Source: Lytechinus pictus
Lineage: Eukaryota
Direction of reading: 5' to 3'
NCBI RefSeq assembly: GCF_037042905.1
Contig: NC_087251.1
Span: 12,650,001-12,714,000 of the forward strand
DNA: 64,000 nt
Part shown: positions 26,219 to 38,967 of the stretch, one piece after another
Layout: the number at the start of each line of letters is the position of its first letter
Position numbering within the stretch: the first letter of the stretch is position 1
Notes under the pieces: model-generated
What the model was told of the DNA's origin: nothing
Databases searched by the model: none
What the model saw: only the letters and a program-made list of their open reading frames with translations
Translations under genes and position numbers: made by a program

Positions 26219-26458
26219 GGTAATTGTCTGGGGGGTAGTTGTCCGGGGGGGTAGTTGTCCGGGGGGTAGTTGTCCGGGGGGTAGTTGTCCGGGGGTAGTT
26301 GTCCGGGGGGTAATTGTCCGGGGGGTAATTGTCCTCGGGGGGGGGGGGGGGGTAGTTGTCCTTGGGGGGGTAATTGTCCGGGGGGGTAATTGTCCTCGGG
26401 GGGTAATTGTCCGGGGGGTAGTTGTTAGGGGGGTGATTGTCCAGGGGGTAGTTGTCCT
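26219..26458 (-). repeat. G-rich minisatellite, inverted (right arm of element A)
   Basis: (GGGGGGTA(G/A)TTGTCC)n is the reverse complement of 20769-21281. Confidence 0.95.
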
Positions 26459-28419
26459 AGAACCGGACCATTGCCCCCTGCCCATGACACTATATGTGGC
26501 TAATACTGTTTACATATTTGCATATTTTTCGTGTCTTTCCCCTATCTTTCTTCATCTTTCACTCTCTGTCCTCTTCCAATCTCCATTCTGGTGTCTGATT
26601 TCTCTCCCCTCTTCGCTCTCTCTCTCTGTAGTTCTCCTCCGATCTCTTACTTTTTCTCCCCTTCTCTTGTCCAAGTGCAAATTGCTCCCTCTCAAAATCT
26701 CCTCCCTTTATCTCACTCCATCCATTCTCCCTTTTGATCTCTATAAAATTTGCATTCCTTGTAGAAGATGGGGGGGGGGGAGGGAGTCGATTCATTGATG
26801 GCAAATTTAGGTGTCTTAAGCCTATTTTTTTTTAGTCATCTAGAATTTCACTCAGGCCTCCACGTTTTTTTTATACTTCTATTCATCACTCAAAGATGAG
26901 GAGGCTTCAAATCTTGTGCATGGATCCAGACTTTAGCATAAGGATATTTTCTGGTAACTTGAACTCTCAGACTTTGTTTATCACTCCTCATTGTCCATTG
27001 TCACCCCCCCCCCCCCGTAAAGACATTACCTAGATTTGTTATCATATTGAATTTATAATCTATGTCTTTCATCAACATGTGCAATAAGTTGATTATCAAG
27101 CAGAGACTAGTAATCAAAAACAGAATCATAAAATTGTTATTTGCATGTTTTTTCCTTCTTTTTTTAAATGTATTCTTTATTGGCATGACCATTGTTTGTG
27201 GTTATGGATACAAAAACACATTTTAATTCCCATTTCAGAACCAATATTAATATTATCAAAAGAAAATAAAAGGAATACCAAGAAAACAAAGTGATGGAAA
27301 GAAATATACATACTTAAATCAATTAGAACACTTTGTGTAACAAGGCATCATTTTCTTTCCTTTTTTCAATGTGTGATAATAATAGTGTAACATATCTCCA
27401 TAACTATATATATATATATTTCGATATAAACATGATAAATACACATGAAAATCATTTCCTATGTGACACTTCCCTTGCTGTTAACGTGTTGAACAAAAAT
27501 TAACTTTTCTATATAAAAACTACACTAAGAACAGCAAGTGAGTGATAAGGCATGTTCGATATAAAAGACACTACTTCAAAGAGATGCTATAGAAAGCATT
27601 ATTTAGCTTGGTACACACACAAACAAATGATTATGTGCATTAATGAGCATTCTAGAAAATATCTGTCTAATAAATGAGAATAACAGAATGATATAATACA
27701 TTATAGATTACTGTATAACCCCCCAAATCTATCAATCTTTGAATCAATGAAATATAATAGACAGATGAACTTTTATTTCATCAGAAATGCCACTGATTTT
27801 GAGGGAAAAGGAATGCATTATCCATACCAGAGTAAAGATAAATCAACTTTCTGATTTTGTTCCTCAACACCTGAATAAGAAGTTTAAAATAAAAGAAATT
27901 GCATGCATACTCACCAAGGGATATACACTTCAATGAGATGTCTTAAAACTTCTGATATTTTAAAGAAACAAGCAAAACTTGTTATTATATGTGGATTATC
28001 TACTGTTCTATTTGGTTTGGCCATTCTAAATGACATATAATTGAATTCAAAGTTTTTTGTTCTCCAATATAATACATGACAGTGATTACACTTTTCTTTT
28101 TTAATTTGAGATCTTACTTTTGCTTAACTTTGGAGTTCACTTCCAAAACAAATATTTCACGTCACAGGTGGCCAAAATTTACAACTCAAAATATGAAGAA
28201 AATAAAGTTTATATCTTATTTTGGCACATAGGTGAAAAACATTTATTCTGCATATCATGCACTGTTGCTGGATACCAAGTGATCCTGTTATAAATGCATG
28301 TTGCAGCATTATGCATTCATGATTTATACAATTATATGCCATCCTACTGGCGAAACCATGCAAATTTAAGAGTGATTGCAAAAACAGACCATAGATGGTT
28401 CTCATTCAGCCCTGTTGAA

Positions 28420-28458
28420 AGAGAGAGGGGAAAGAGACAGAAGGAGAAAAGGAGAGAC

Positions 28459-28493
<35 letters not shown>

Positions 28494-28545
28494 GAAGGGA
28501 GAGAGAAAAGAGGAGAGAGATATATATATAGAGAAAGAGTGAGAA
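28420..28545. repeat. (GA)n-rich microsatellite
   Basis: Directly visible. Confidence 0.85.
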
Positions 28546-31456
28546 ATCAAATAAACTAAAAACCTTGATATGAAAGCCTAATTTCTCCAAGGTTCAATGC
28601 ATTTTTTGTTTGCACCAAATGATGAACACTGCATCTTGCCACGTAAGCAATTTTGTAATACATACAGACATATGATAGCAGCATGAATAAGACACCAAGA
28701 CCAACCTTGATTATTCTTTCCTATATTGGATATTCAACCTAAGAGGCACGTAGGCTTAGGCTATTTTGAGACCATTAATAATTACAGCATAACTATACAG
28801 AAAGAGCATAGGGCATCGACAAGGCTTTTCAAGCTATAAGAAAAAATTATGTATTGAATTTTGAAGAATATCTAAGCAAGGCCATATTGCCTGTGTCTAC
28901 TCTCACATCACTTTAATATTCTACATTCTAAAATACTTCTCATTGACTGTTTAAAATCAATAAGTAGCTGTAATTTTCTTGTTTTAAGGGTTAGGATGCT
29001 AATCTAACTTTTTTTTGCTGATATCTGAGAGGGTAAAAATACATGGTATCTTCAAACAGACATTTAAAAATGGAATGCCTGCAAATAAACATTGTCAATG
29101 CAGACAAAAGTCCCATTCAGTCAATTGGCATTCAAATATTACAATAGAAATCTTGAAAGACTTAAAAAAAATCATAAGATGTGATAAGAATGTTGAGGAT
29201 TTGGGGAATGTAGGAATGGAAATACACATCATATATGAAAGATATGGATGCCCGGTAAAGAAATGAAAGGAAGTAATGGAATATGATATTTAGAATTGGA
29301 TATTGGTGATGATGACAAAGTCAACCAATTTAGTGTAGTTTTGTAGCTTTTAATCTTGCAATGTGTGAACTGATCTTTTGTAATAGGTTTAATTTGAAAA
29401 AAATAAATTCTAAATGTAATCAGACTTTACAATGTTTAGTGTAAACTTCATGCTGCATATTTAAACAAAACCAAGGTTATAGTCTCTACACCATTTTTCT
29501 AAAAGTAGCACAATATTTGGGGATAAGTTTTATGTCATACAATTACATTATCATAATCACAGCAAGAAAGACATTTTCCACATACAAGAAATAATTTCAA
29601 AATAAAGAATTGGTATGACATATGGTTATGATAGCAAAATGACATGGTATGAATGCAGAAATGATGAAGGACCTACCAACATCACTATTGGACAGTGTTG
29701 CCAAGATTTAGAAATTAAAATTATGAGCATCTGTTCTGATATACACCATAGACAAATCTATAAAAAAAAAATGGCAGTTTTTTTTCCCTATGAAATATGA
29801 ATCAAATGCTCAATGTTTCCTCAGGTTTTTGCATATTCATAACTTTACACGAGACACTGAAATTAATTTAAATAGCCACATAAGCTCTGTTTTAAGTTCC
29901 AACAATACGTTATGCAGCTGAAGAATATACAGCATTATACCTCTTCCCATAAGATTATGGTTTACATGCATTAAATAGCAGGTTATTCCTCTGTCCCATT
30001 TTAAAGGGTTATTCCATGCACTTGAATATACAGGTACAGTCCCATAACAAAAAACTTTGCAATTGTTTGTCAATTGATTGCAGTGATCCACATGTACAAT
30101 TAATTTTACAAATCAACTGTGCAACCAATCACTAACCTTGAGTTTATTTAGGGGTATAGACAAGGACTACAATTCTGCAAATTTGTTCTATTATTATTTT
30201 TATCTTGAGAAAATATGGAATATAATATACATTTTGTTGCCTTAATTTTGGAGGGGATTTGCAAAAAAAGTTAAGTCAAAGAATATTGTAACATTTGACT
30301 TGATCACATATTTGTTGGTACCTAAGTCTATGATTGAATTGTCAAAACAATAGGACATGATGATGAGGAAGAGGAATATCAATTTTTTTAATGATGTCAA
30401 AGTCAAATACATGGTATGAGAGCAATGCATTGCAAGGGTGGTGGCATTACTTCTAAGTTGATTTGAAAACTGTTGTTCTTATCTTATTCAAAGTTCTGAT
30501 TGAAGTCTAAGAACAAAATACAATTTCAAAAATATGTTAATAATATCAGAAGCTAGAATATAAAAATCAAAATATAATATAAAACAGTATAATTGGGAAA
30601 TGAAATGAGTTGCATTGCTCTGCAAGATTAAAAAAAAAAACCTTGAAACTATATTAATACATCAATATTAACCACAAGAACTGTGCACAGTCATAATACA
30701 GATGGCATTAGCTTAAAAAATATATATATAGAACTAAACATCGAAAGATTTAAAACTGCATTTGCCAAAGCTATCATTTTAAGTGCAGCAAAAGATTATG
30801 TAGAATGTTTAACTGTCTACAATACATCGTTTGATATTAAAAGATTCTGTGATCATGCCAAGTCTTATTGTACTGCATTTTGCAGACGTCTACAAACCCA
30901 TATTATTCCTTGAGTAAATATCTATTAATAAAGTTGCTATGGTAACAGTGAAAATGTACATTCTATAATTTACCACAATGCTGATGAGAGCAATATCATT
31001 ATATACAAATTCAATTAATAAACAATCATATAATTACACTGAGATTTTTATTACTTAAAAATTATGAATGGTCAGAGAGATAGAGAGAGAGAGAGGAGGA
31101 AGGGGAGGGGCAGAATTTGAAGTGTGATTCGCGTAAACATATAATAAGAACATGAATTGCAGCAAAAGCGCCTGAAGGCTCGGTACATATTCAAATCAGG
31201 CAAAATAACTCCTTTTTTCAGGTAAAGATCATAAAGAAGCCTCTGATGTCAATTTACATTGAAAGGTAAAAAAATATCCCAAGTTTTATAAATAAGGCAT
31301 TGACTAAGAAAAAAAAATTAAACATAAAAATTTGGTACCAAAGAATAGCACGATAAGACATTACATTACTGTTCTGAGCTAGCCATGTTATATATTAAAC
31401 AGAGATCTTTTTTAAAGGTGATACACAACTGATCTCTTCCGTTTGTCCATCTTTAA

Positions 31457-32051
31457 AGGGGAATCCAACCCAAATAAAAACTTATTTTTATAAGAAAAAG
31501 AAAAATCAGGTTAGTTGATAGGTGAAAGTTTGAACAATATTGGACAAACAACAAGAAAGCTATGAATTTTTAAAAGTTGTAAATATTGGTAATCACTAAA
31601 CTCATGGAGACTTCAAATTGGCCACATATGGGATGTCATAGTGATGTAAGGCAAGGACTACTCTTCCATGTACTCCAATACATATTATGGCTAAAATGTC
31701 ATTTTTCCCAAAAGTTTTATTTCAAATTACATTTATCTTTCATGAGGACATTAAACAATATACTACCTGGGTAATATTCAGATTACTGCCCCAGGGGAAT
31801 GGGTACTTAAAAGAAAACCACAAATCCCTGATAATAAAGTACATGGCCTATGGGAAAGTTGTCCTTGCCCCTTGTCATAATTTACTTACCCAGTTGCCAA
31901 TTTGAAATCTACATACTATTAGTGATCTCAAATTTAAAGCAGCTGTAACTTTCTTATTGCTTGTCCGATTTCTTTCAAACCTTTAGCATTCTGTTTAATT
32001 TATTTTTCTCCATCCCAACACAACATTTTATGGCCAAGGCTGGATTCCCCT
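31457..32051. mobile_element. Non-autonomous TTAA-target transposon (Kolobok-like)
   Basis: TTAA at 31453-31456 and 32052-32055; TIR AGGGGAATCCA(A/G)CC. Confidence 0.85.
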
Positions 32052-34103
32052 TTAAATACTTAGAAAAATGAATATTGAATTTGTATCAAATCCCTAAAAA
32101 ATGAAATAAGCTTTGAATATACTGGTTTACTAAAGTAATATCTTAGTGGATGCCCAAGTTCATTTACAAGTAGTAACAATATAATACCTTACCACTAAGT
32201 TTGCAAGAATAAACTGAAATGAATTAGTAAACAAGAAACCTGTCACCACCAGTAGATGGAGTATGAGACAATTGGGATATATTACATTTGATGAGTATTC
32301 TCATTGATGTATACAGAGTAGCATGGGTCACCTGAGAATGATATGACTTATGCAGTGATGTTATATATATCTCACATTCCCGGGAATTGAAGGGCAATTT
32401 TACATCATTAATATCTGCCATCTTTTATGAAACTCTCCCAGTCAGGGTAAATTGACAGTATTGTTCTTTTTTTATCAATTTAATTGTTAAGGAAGTGGTT
32501 TCTTTTCCAGTTAACAATATTCAAATCATTCAAGTCGACTTAAGAATTTATGACGTCAATCTCTCCCTCTTTAGCATCCATGTTGTGTACAAAGACTTCC
32601 AAATTTAGAATTTAGAAAAATCATTTATCCTGAACTTGGTTCTTGCATAGTTGCAAAACAGTAAAGACAACAAGATTTGAAAGAGGGAATACACCACATG
32701 CAGCCTGAAGGACTGCAATAGAATCAGAATGACCTAGGGATGTTTCACAAAGGTTAAGTTTGACCAAAAGTCACCTTGTGTATAATTCCATTGATTATTA
32801 CACACTAGAGCACATTCCATAAAGTGATCTGGCCAAAGCAAGTGGGAATTTAAGTTTGATTTTAGAAAAGACTTGATTTTTGCGAAACACACGCCCCCAA
32901 CAAAAAAAAATTGAGTTCACGTTTTACTCTGAATTGGAAAGGCCACTTTACATTCAAAGGCCACTGAAGTATTTTTGGCAAATCAATCCCATAAGAGGTA
33001 TATCAAAGGGCTCAATAAAAAAATTCCATCTAAACAAAATGAATGTGATCTCATGTAATACAAATGACATCAGTCAAATAAATAAAATAAATGTCACTAT
33101 AAAGTTACTGAAACTATCTGCATTCAAACTTTGATTAATCACTTCCTGGCTTTATAACATGTAATTTATAAGTCTATAGAAAACCATGTACCAAAAATGA
33201 CATTTGATTACAAATATTGGTTTAATATGTTAGTGTTGAACAGCGCTGTGTTTGAATTTATTTCATTAAATAGGAGGCCATCTTTAACTGTTAATTAAAA
33301 AGATTTGATCAAGAAACCCTTTGAAGTTACTGAAGTAGGATTTGTGATTTAAGTGTGAACACTCTTAAGAAAAGTAATGCAGGTGAGATTACATTGCAGG
33401 ATATGCATTTCAGTCCTTGTGCGGACTAAAATAACCTAATAAATGTCGTTCAACTTAACAAAAAGGTCCTCTGACAAATCTCACCACATAAAATCTTAGA
33501 TCTGGAGAAGAGGCAGATATAAGCACCTTATAACAACCTCTAAAGATTATCTTCAGGGTTGCATGTGAACATTGGACAATGATAAGGGTGCTGTTTATTA
33601 ATTCTTACAATGGTTAACCCTTTGCTTACTGGAACTGGGTGATCTTTGTACAAAGCCTATGGAAATTACAGGCTTTAGTTGTCGAAAGGTTAACCCACTG
33701 CTTAACAGATTTGGGCAATCTCTGTACAAAGCCTTTGGGAAATGGTTAGATATATATTCCTGCATATAACTCTTGGCAAATAAAAAAAGGAGAAACTTAA
33801 TTCCTCTTCGCCATCTCTAATCCTGAGATTCAGTTTGACACTTAACTAATGATGAAGAAGAAACTCAAATTCCATGTCGTTCACGTTTTTGTCAACATCC
33901 CATAATGCTGAATGCTGTCTGCAATGTGTTGGATGATTTAATCTCCTTCGATGCCATCATTGTCGTCTTCTCATGGAATGATTTTATATGATGTTGAGCA
34001 GGAAGGATCGCATCCATCGCTATCCCTCTCTCTCTTTCTTTCTTCAGCTGACTGTAATCAGTTCAACATTACACCACACTACAACTATAGAGGGCAGCAT
34101 GGA

Positions 34104-34319
34104 CTATGACGCTGGTTTGGTGGGTTGTAAATCAGTCCAGACTTGGATCATCTGATCAAGACCATAGAGATAACCATCCTCATGATTGCCCTCCACCCAT
34201 GGCGTCCGGTGGTCGTTCGTGCAGTTGTCAGGGAGGGGTGTGGTCTTTCCGAAGTCAATCATCCAAACGCACGCTTTGCCCGTCCTATCGTGAACAAACA
34301 GGAGCGAACTGCCAATGAC
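34104..34319 (-). CDS. ITPKB: Inositol-trisphosphate 3-kinase, last coding exon
   Basis: [11 protein letters not shown]...WMIDFGKT...[15 protein letters not shown] contains the SSLL and IDFG motifs of the IPK family; acceptor TTTCTCTTGCAG; stop TAG at 34104-34106. Likely co-ortholog of vertebrate ITPKA/B/C. Confidence 0.97.
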   Translation of the reverse strand, partial: VIGSSLLFVHDRTGKACVWMIDFGKTTPLPDNCTNDHRTPWVEGNHEDGYLYGLDQMIQVWTDLQPTKPAS

Positions 34320-34774
34320 CTGCAAGAGAAATGAATAAAAGATAAGAATAATAGTACAAATAAATGAAAGAATCATTTTGACCTAATTTTGCTTTCATTG
34401 TCTAAATGGTCATATTTTCCATAAAATGGTCCAATTTCAATTTCCTTATTAACCTAAAGCCAGGAATAAACACATAAAACATTGGGCATTGGCTGCCCAT
34501 AACATGGAAGACACCAAGGGCACTTTTCCTTTAAAAAGATAAGAAAATTCAAAACTAGATCACAAAAGCCAATGAGCAATTAGAGTTCAATATAGCAACC
34601 CAATAACTATGGTGATGCTCACATTTTCTTATTTTTGTTTTAAAATGCTTATTTCTTTCACAGGAAACAAACACATGATTACTCTAATTGCTCTAGGCTA
34701 TAATTAGTTTGTAGGCTCTAACTACCAACTGCAACAAAGGAATGAAATTTGTCTTTTTTTAGTACTCTACTATA

Positions 34775-36522
34775 CAGTGCGTCCCAAAAAAACTATACAC
34801 TTTTGGAATGGCTGCCAAATAAAAAATAAAGCACTTTGGGGGAATTAACTTATAGATATGGAAAGCCAATAAAGTCAACTTTCAAGTGACACCAAAAAGT
34901 TGGAAAACTATTCATGCTTGAGCGAGCACTGCCCACTGAAACATAGGGTATGAAAATAAGGGTGGGCCGGAATTAGCCTTCCAATTTCTTTCAGGTTTTT
35001 TGTTTGGTACTTGCAAAGTTGAGGATTATTTGGTAAATTAAAGATCAAAATGATCAGTTAGTTGTTTTTGAAAATTTAATGCGTTATTAAATTGATTTTT
35101 ATTACATTAAAATTTAATGCATGAGTGATCGTGAATTGCAATTTTAGTGCAGCATTTTGTCTTTATCATGTGGATCTCAACAATGTGTTTATGAAAGTCA
35201 GGAGAAGAGGGGGTAATATGACTTAGGTAGGTGAAGTACGTTGATGGGATAAAGGTCAACAGAACATTTAGCAACCCCTCCCTCCATCTCAACCCCCCCC
35301 CCCCCGCTTCTCTCCTCCTCAGATACTAAGCTAGGCTAGGCTGGGCAGGAATTAGCCTTACAGTTTTTTTGAGTGGTTAGTCCTTTGGAACTTGATAAGC
35401 TAAATTAATGAGTAAGAAAAGTTTTGGTTTCTTAGGCAAATTTCATGAGTTACTAAATTGAAATTTAATGCATGAGTGAACAGGAATTGAAATTTTAGTA
35501 TAGCATATTCATCTTGTGGACCTCAGAAGTGTGTTCGTGAGAGTCAGAGTAATGTGATGGTACCTGTTACAAGCAAGAGGGCGAGATATGCTAAGACTTG
35601 GTTAAAAGGGCATTCCTCTTCTTTTAGTCCTTTTACAAATTAAAAGTCATATGAACCCTCCCTCTCCACCCCCATTTCCCAGCCCCCCCCCCCTCTCTGT
35701 CTCACTTCCTGGATTGTAGCCTATTCAAAACTTAGCTGCCAAGTGACCGGTGGCTGATGGTCACTTTTTTATTGAATTATTACCAAGAAATGTAATGATT
35801 ATGATGATTAATGAAATAATTTATTGAAAAAAAAACTGAATGTTTGATCACATTGAATGAGTTGATTTACTGATGAATTGTTGATGAAATGATTGATAGG
35901 AAAAAGTTGATGCCCCAATTCAGAATTAATCATTAAATCAACATTCTGCTCTGGACTTCACGCGTACATGACAATAGCCATCAGTCTCTCAACAGGAGGG
36001 GAGGGCGGGAAAGAGGGAGGGGGCTGAATGTTATGTTGACCCTTATTCCATCGACCTACTTTTCCCACTTAAGTCCTATCTCACCCCCTATTCTCCCGAC
36101 TCCCATGAACACATTGCTGAGATCCACATGATAAAGTTGAAATGCTGCCCAAAAAGTGTAATTTGTGTTCACTCATGCATTAAAGTTCAATTTAATAATT
36201 TACAAAATTTGCATAAGCAACCAAAACTGGTCACGGTTGATCATTAATTTATTGCAACGCCCTTAACTTTGCAAGTTCGAAAGGATTTGCCTATTAAAAA
36301 CTGACATAAATTGGAAGGCTAATTCCAGCCCACCCTAATTTTCATACCCTTTGTTTCAGTGGGCAGTGCTCGCTCAAGCATGAACAGTTTTCCAACTTTT
36401 TTGGTGTCATTTGAAAGTTGACTTTATTGGCTTTTCATATATGTAAGTTATTTCCCCCAAAATGCTATATTTTTTATTTGGCAGCCATTTCAAAAGTGTA
36501 TAGTTTTTTTTGGGACGCACTG
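34775..36522. mobile_element. Non-autonomous Tc1/mariner-type element with very long TIRs
   Basis: TA-CAGTGCGTCCCAAAAAAACTATACACTTTT...AAAAGTGTATAGTTTTTTTTGGGACGCACTG-TA; inverted similarity extends roughly 500 bp; no transposase ORF. Confidence 0.92.
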
Positions 36523-37974
36523 TAGTTTCCGGTGTTAAGGCAAAAAGTAAGGTTGAATCCCAAGGTCTATCCTTAAATTATATCTTACAGAAGAAATTAT
36601 CTGTTGCTGTCATTTGCGTGTTAGTAAGTTGGATTATATGATTATGATAATATATGATCATTTCTTTCAGATTGAACTGAAAATGCTATAACATACGCTG
36701 TTGCATCACAGATATGACTTATGGTAAAAATCAACTCCATTGTGATCAAGACTCATTATCTACTGATTCACTTTTCTAACATGCCTTTATTAATTTCATT
36801 TTTTGTATCATTTGAATTTTTGACCTTCAATAAAATTTCTCATATAATTTTTACTTCAAACTGATTTTGTATGAATTTATGTTGAAAAGAGAAAACTTTG
36901 TGTGAATTGAAGAAAATAAATATTTATCTGAATAAATACATAGAAAACTCATGAAAACAATAGTAAGTCTTCCACAAATGTCACAAGTGCTAGAATTTTT
37001 GGATAACATTAAAATATCACAAATCAATCTGTATATATTCTAAGAGTCAATGAATGATAAAAACATTTTTGCAGGTTCATTTTGTTTCTAATTATTTCCT
37101 TTAAAAATCTGAACCCGTTTTAGTTGATATTCTGAACTTTCACATAATTCAGAAGTTGATTTACCAACTGTCACATATTATACATTTTTTTACCAGACTA
37201 AGTGAAGTACATTACAATCTAACTATATCACATCAACTAGAAATTGAATTTCAACAACACTTTTCTTTGACCAAAGACTAAAAATATTTGCTATGTCATT
37301 CACAAGTACTCTGCTTTAGGCTTTACGACAGATGTAACTGTAAGTGCTACGGTTGATGTACTTATCCTATTAATAAAACCTTGGTTAATATTACTATTCT
37401 TTTCAGATGTGATTCAAGTATCATTTTGATCTTACGGAAGTGTAGTGGCATTTTTTTTTTCCAGTTCATTCTTTGCGAAAATTTGAGGCCTGATTTTTGT
37501 TCATATCTATATAGAACACTCTCTCTGGAATGTTTCTATTTTTCTCCAAAAAGGGTTCTTTAAGCCCTTGTCTTACATATCTCGTGATTGAATATCAGAA
37601 ATTTAGACAAAGATTATATCCTGAACTTTCCTTGCTTGAAAAAGCAGTTTAACCTAAAAAAAAAAGCAGCTATTTTGTTTTAATCAGGTATCCTATCAAT
37701 AAACTTTTCATGTCCAATCACAAAATTCATCCAATAAAATACATGTTTATATTATATTCTTAACACTCCAACATAATAAATGTATAAAGGCATAAAACAT
37801 TCTAGTAATGCACTGGAAAAGTTACATGATTTTTTTTTAAATTCATTTACTTTTAGTTTATTTATTCATTTTATTTTATTTTATGTTCCTTTTTTTTTTA
37901 ATTGTTTTTTGTTTTTTTTTGGGGGGGAGCCGGGGTTACCAAAACTTTAAATAGGCATGAATAATTTGACGCAC

Positions 37975-38148
37975 CTCGTGATTGCTAAAGAATGGTGATG
38001 CTTCTAACGTTGCTCGGATTGCCTTGAGTCTTCTGATATATCTAGCTTGGACTTCTGAATCACCGTCTAAGAAGAAGTTGAAGCTCTCACTAATCTGATC
38101 TCTCGTCTTTGTTGTCTTGAAGTCACGACTGGAGTGACCATCGCCTTT
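37975..38148 (-). CDS. ITPKB: Inositol-trisphosphate 3-kinase exon
   Basis: 174 nt, phase 0-0: KGDGHSSRDFKTTKTRDQI...RLKAIRATLEASPFFSNHE; CAG acceptor, GTGCGT donor. Confidence 0.95.
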
Positions 38149-38967
38149 CTGCAGTGGATATAATTCAGTTAAGGTTGAAATATGTGGAAGTCAGTATTCT
38201 GTAAGATTATATTTTATTTTATACAGAGCATAAATGTACATGAAAGTAACAGGAAAATTCAAAATTCAGACTGAGAATTAAAGAAAATGTTTTTAAAAAG
38301 TAAAAATAATTCGTGAACTATGTGAACTGCATCAAGCAATAAATCAGAATGAAATAAAAGACAAAACTCCTGAGCTTTGCTAAGGCAACTTTGTCAAGAA
38401 ATCAGGGCCCTGTATCATAAAGGTTTGGTGTGGATTTCAAATATGAAAGAACAATTTTAATTGGGTCCTGGTCACTAGCGTGAATAAAAAATACACATGC
38501 AACAATGATCTTGATTGGTTATTGCCATTTAGCCATTGATTTCATTCCTTTGGGCTACATACATGTAGCTCAGATTGCATCAACTTGTCTTGATGAAGAC
38601 AGGAATCTGGATTTTTTTTTTCTCTCTCTTTTTTTTTTAAGTCGGGTCTGGGGCTTCTCGACCTGACTTATAAATTTGATGAGACAGAGTTTCTTCTTTT
38701 CTTCCTAACTCACTTTCATCTTCTAGTTTGCCTTTTCAAATGTAAGCACTTTTAATTTTTCAAAAACTCAAGTTTTATTAATCTACTAAGCCTTATTGGG
38801 GTTTAGGAAAAATATGTATTTCACTTATGTCAACTACTGTTCAATGGATAAATACAGATATGATTGAATTATAAAAAAAAGAAATTGTATCTGCTAAAAA
38901 GGGAAATCCATGTTATTCAGAAACATAGAGGGTAAAAGGGAGGAAAGAGAAAGAAGATAAAAAGGAG

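Larger units (their letters stand above)
20763..26464. mobile_element. Foldback/Mutator-like element A with minisatellite inverted arms and 9-bp TSD
   Basis: Left end GGTATCAGGACAACTACCCCCTGGACAATCACCCC matches the reverse complement of the right end GGTTCTAGGACAACTACCCCCTGGACAATCACCCC; perfect TSD GGACCATTG at 20754-20762 and 26465-26473. Confidence 0.9.

Noticed and set aside
20410..26798. Long repetitive ORFs (PPGQL, PLPFL, MAEVK, CHFYL, GSCPG) that look like collagen-like or structural proteins
   Set aside because: They are open in several frames on both strands because they are translations of stop-free ~15-bp minisatellites forming transposon arms.
38168..38174. CCTTAAC near the acceptor of exon 38148, suggesting a second U12 intron
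   Set aside because: The matching donor at 40783 is GTAATG (U2 type); the motif also serves as an ordinary branch point.
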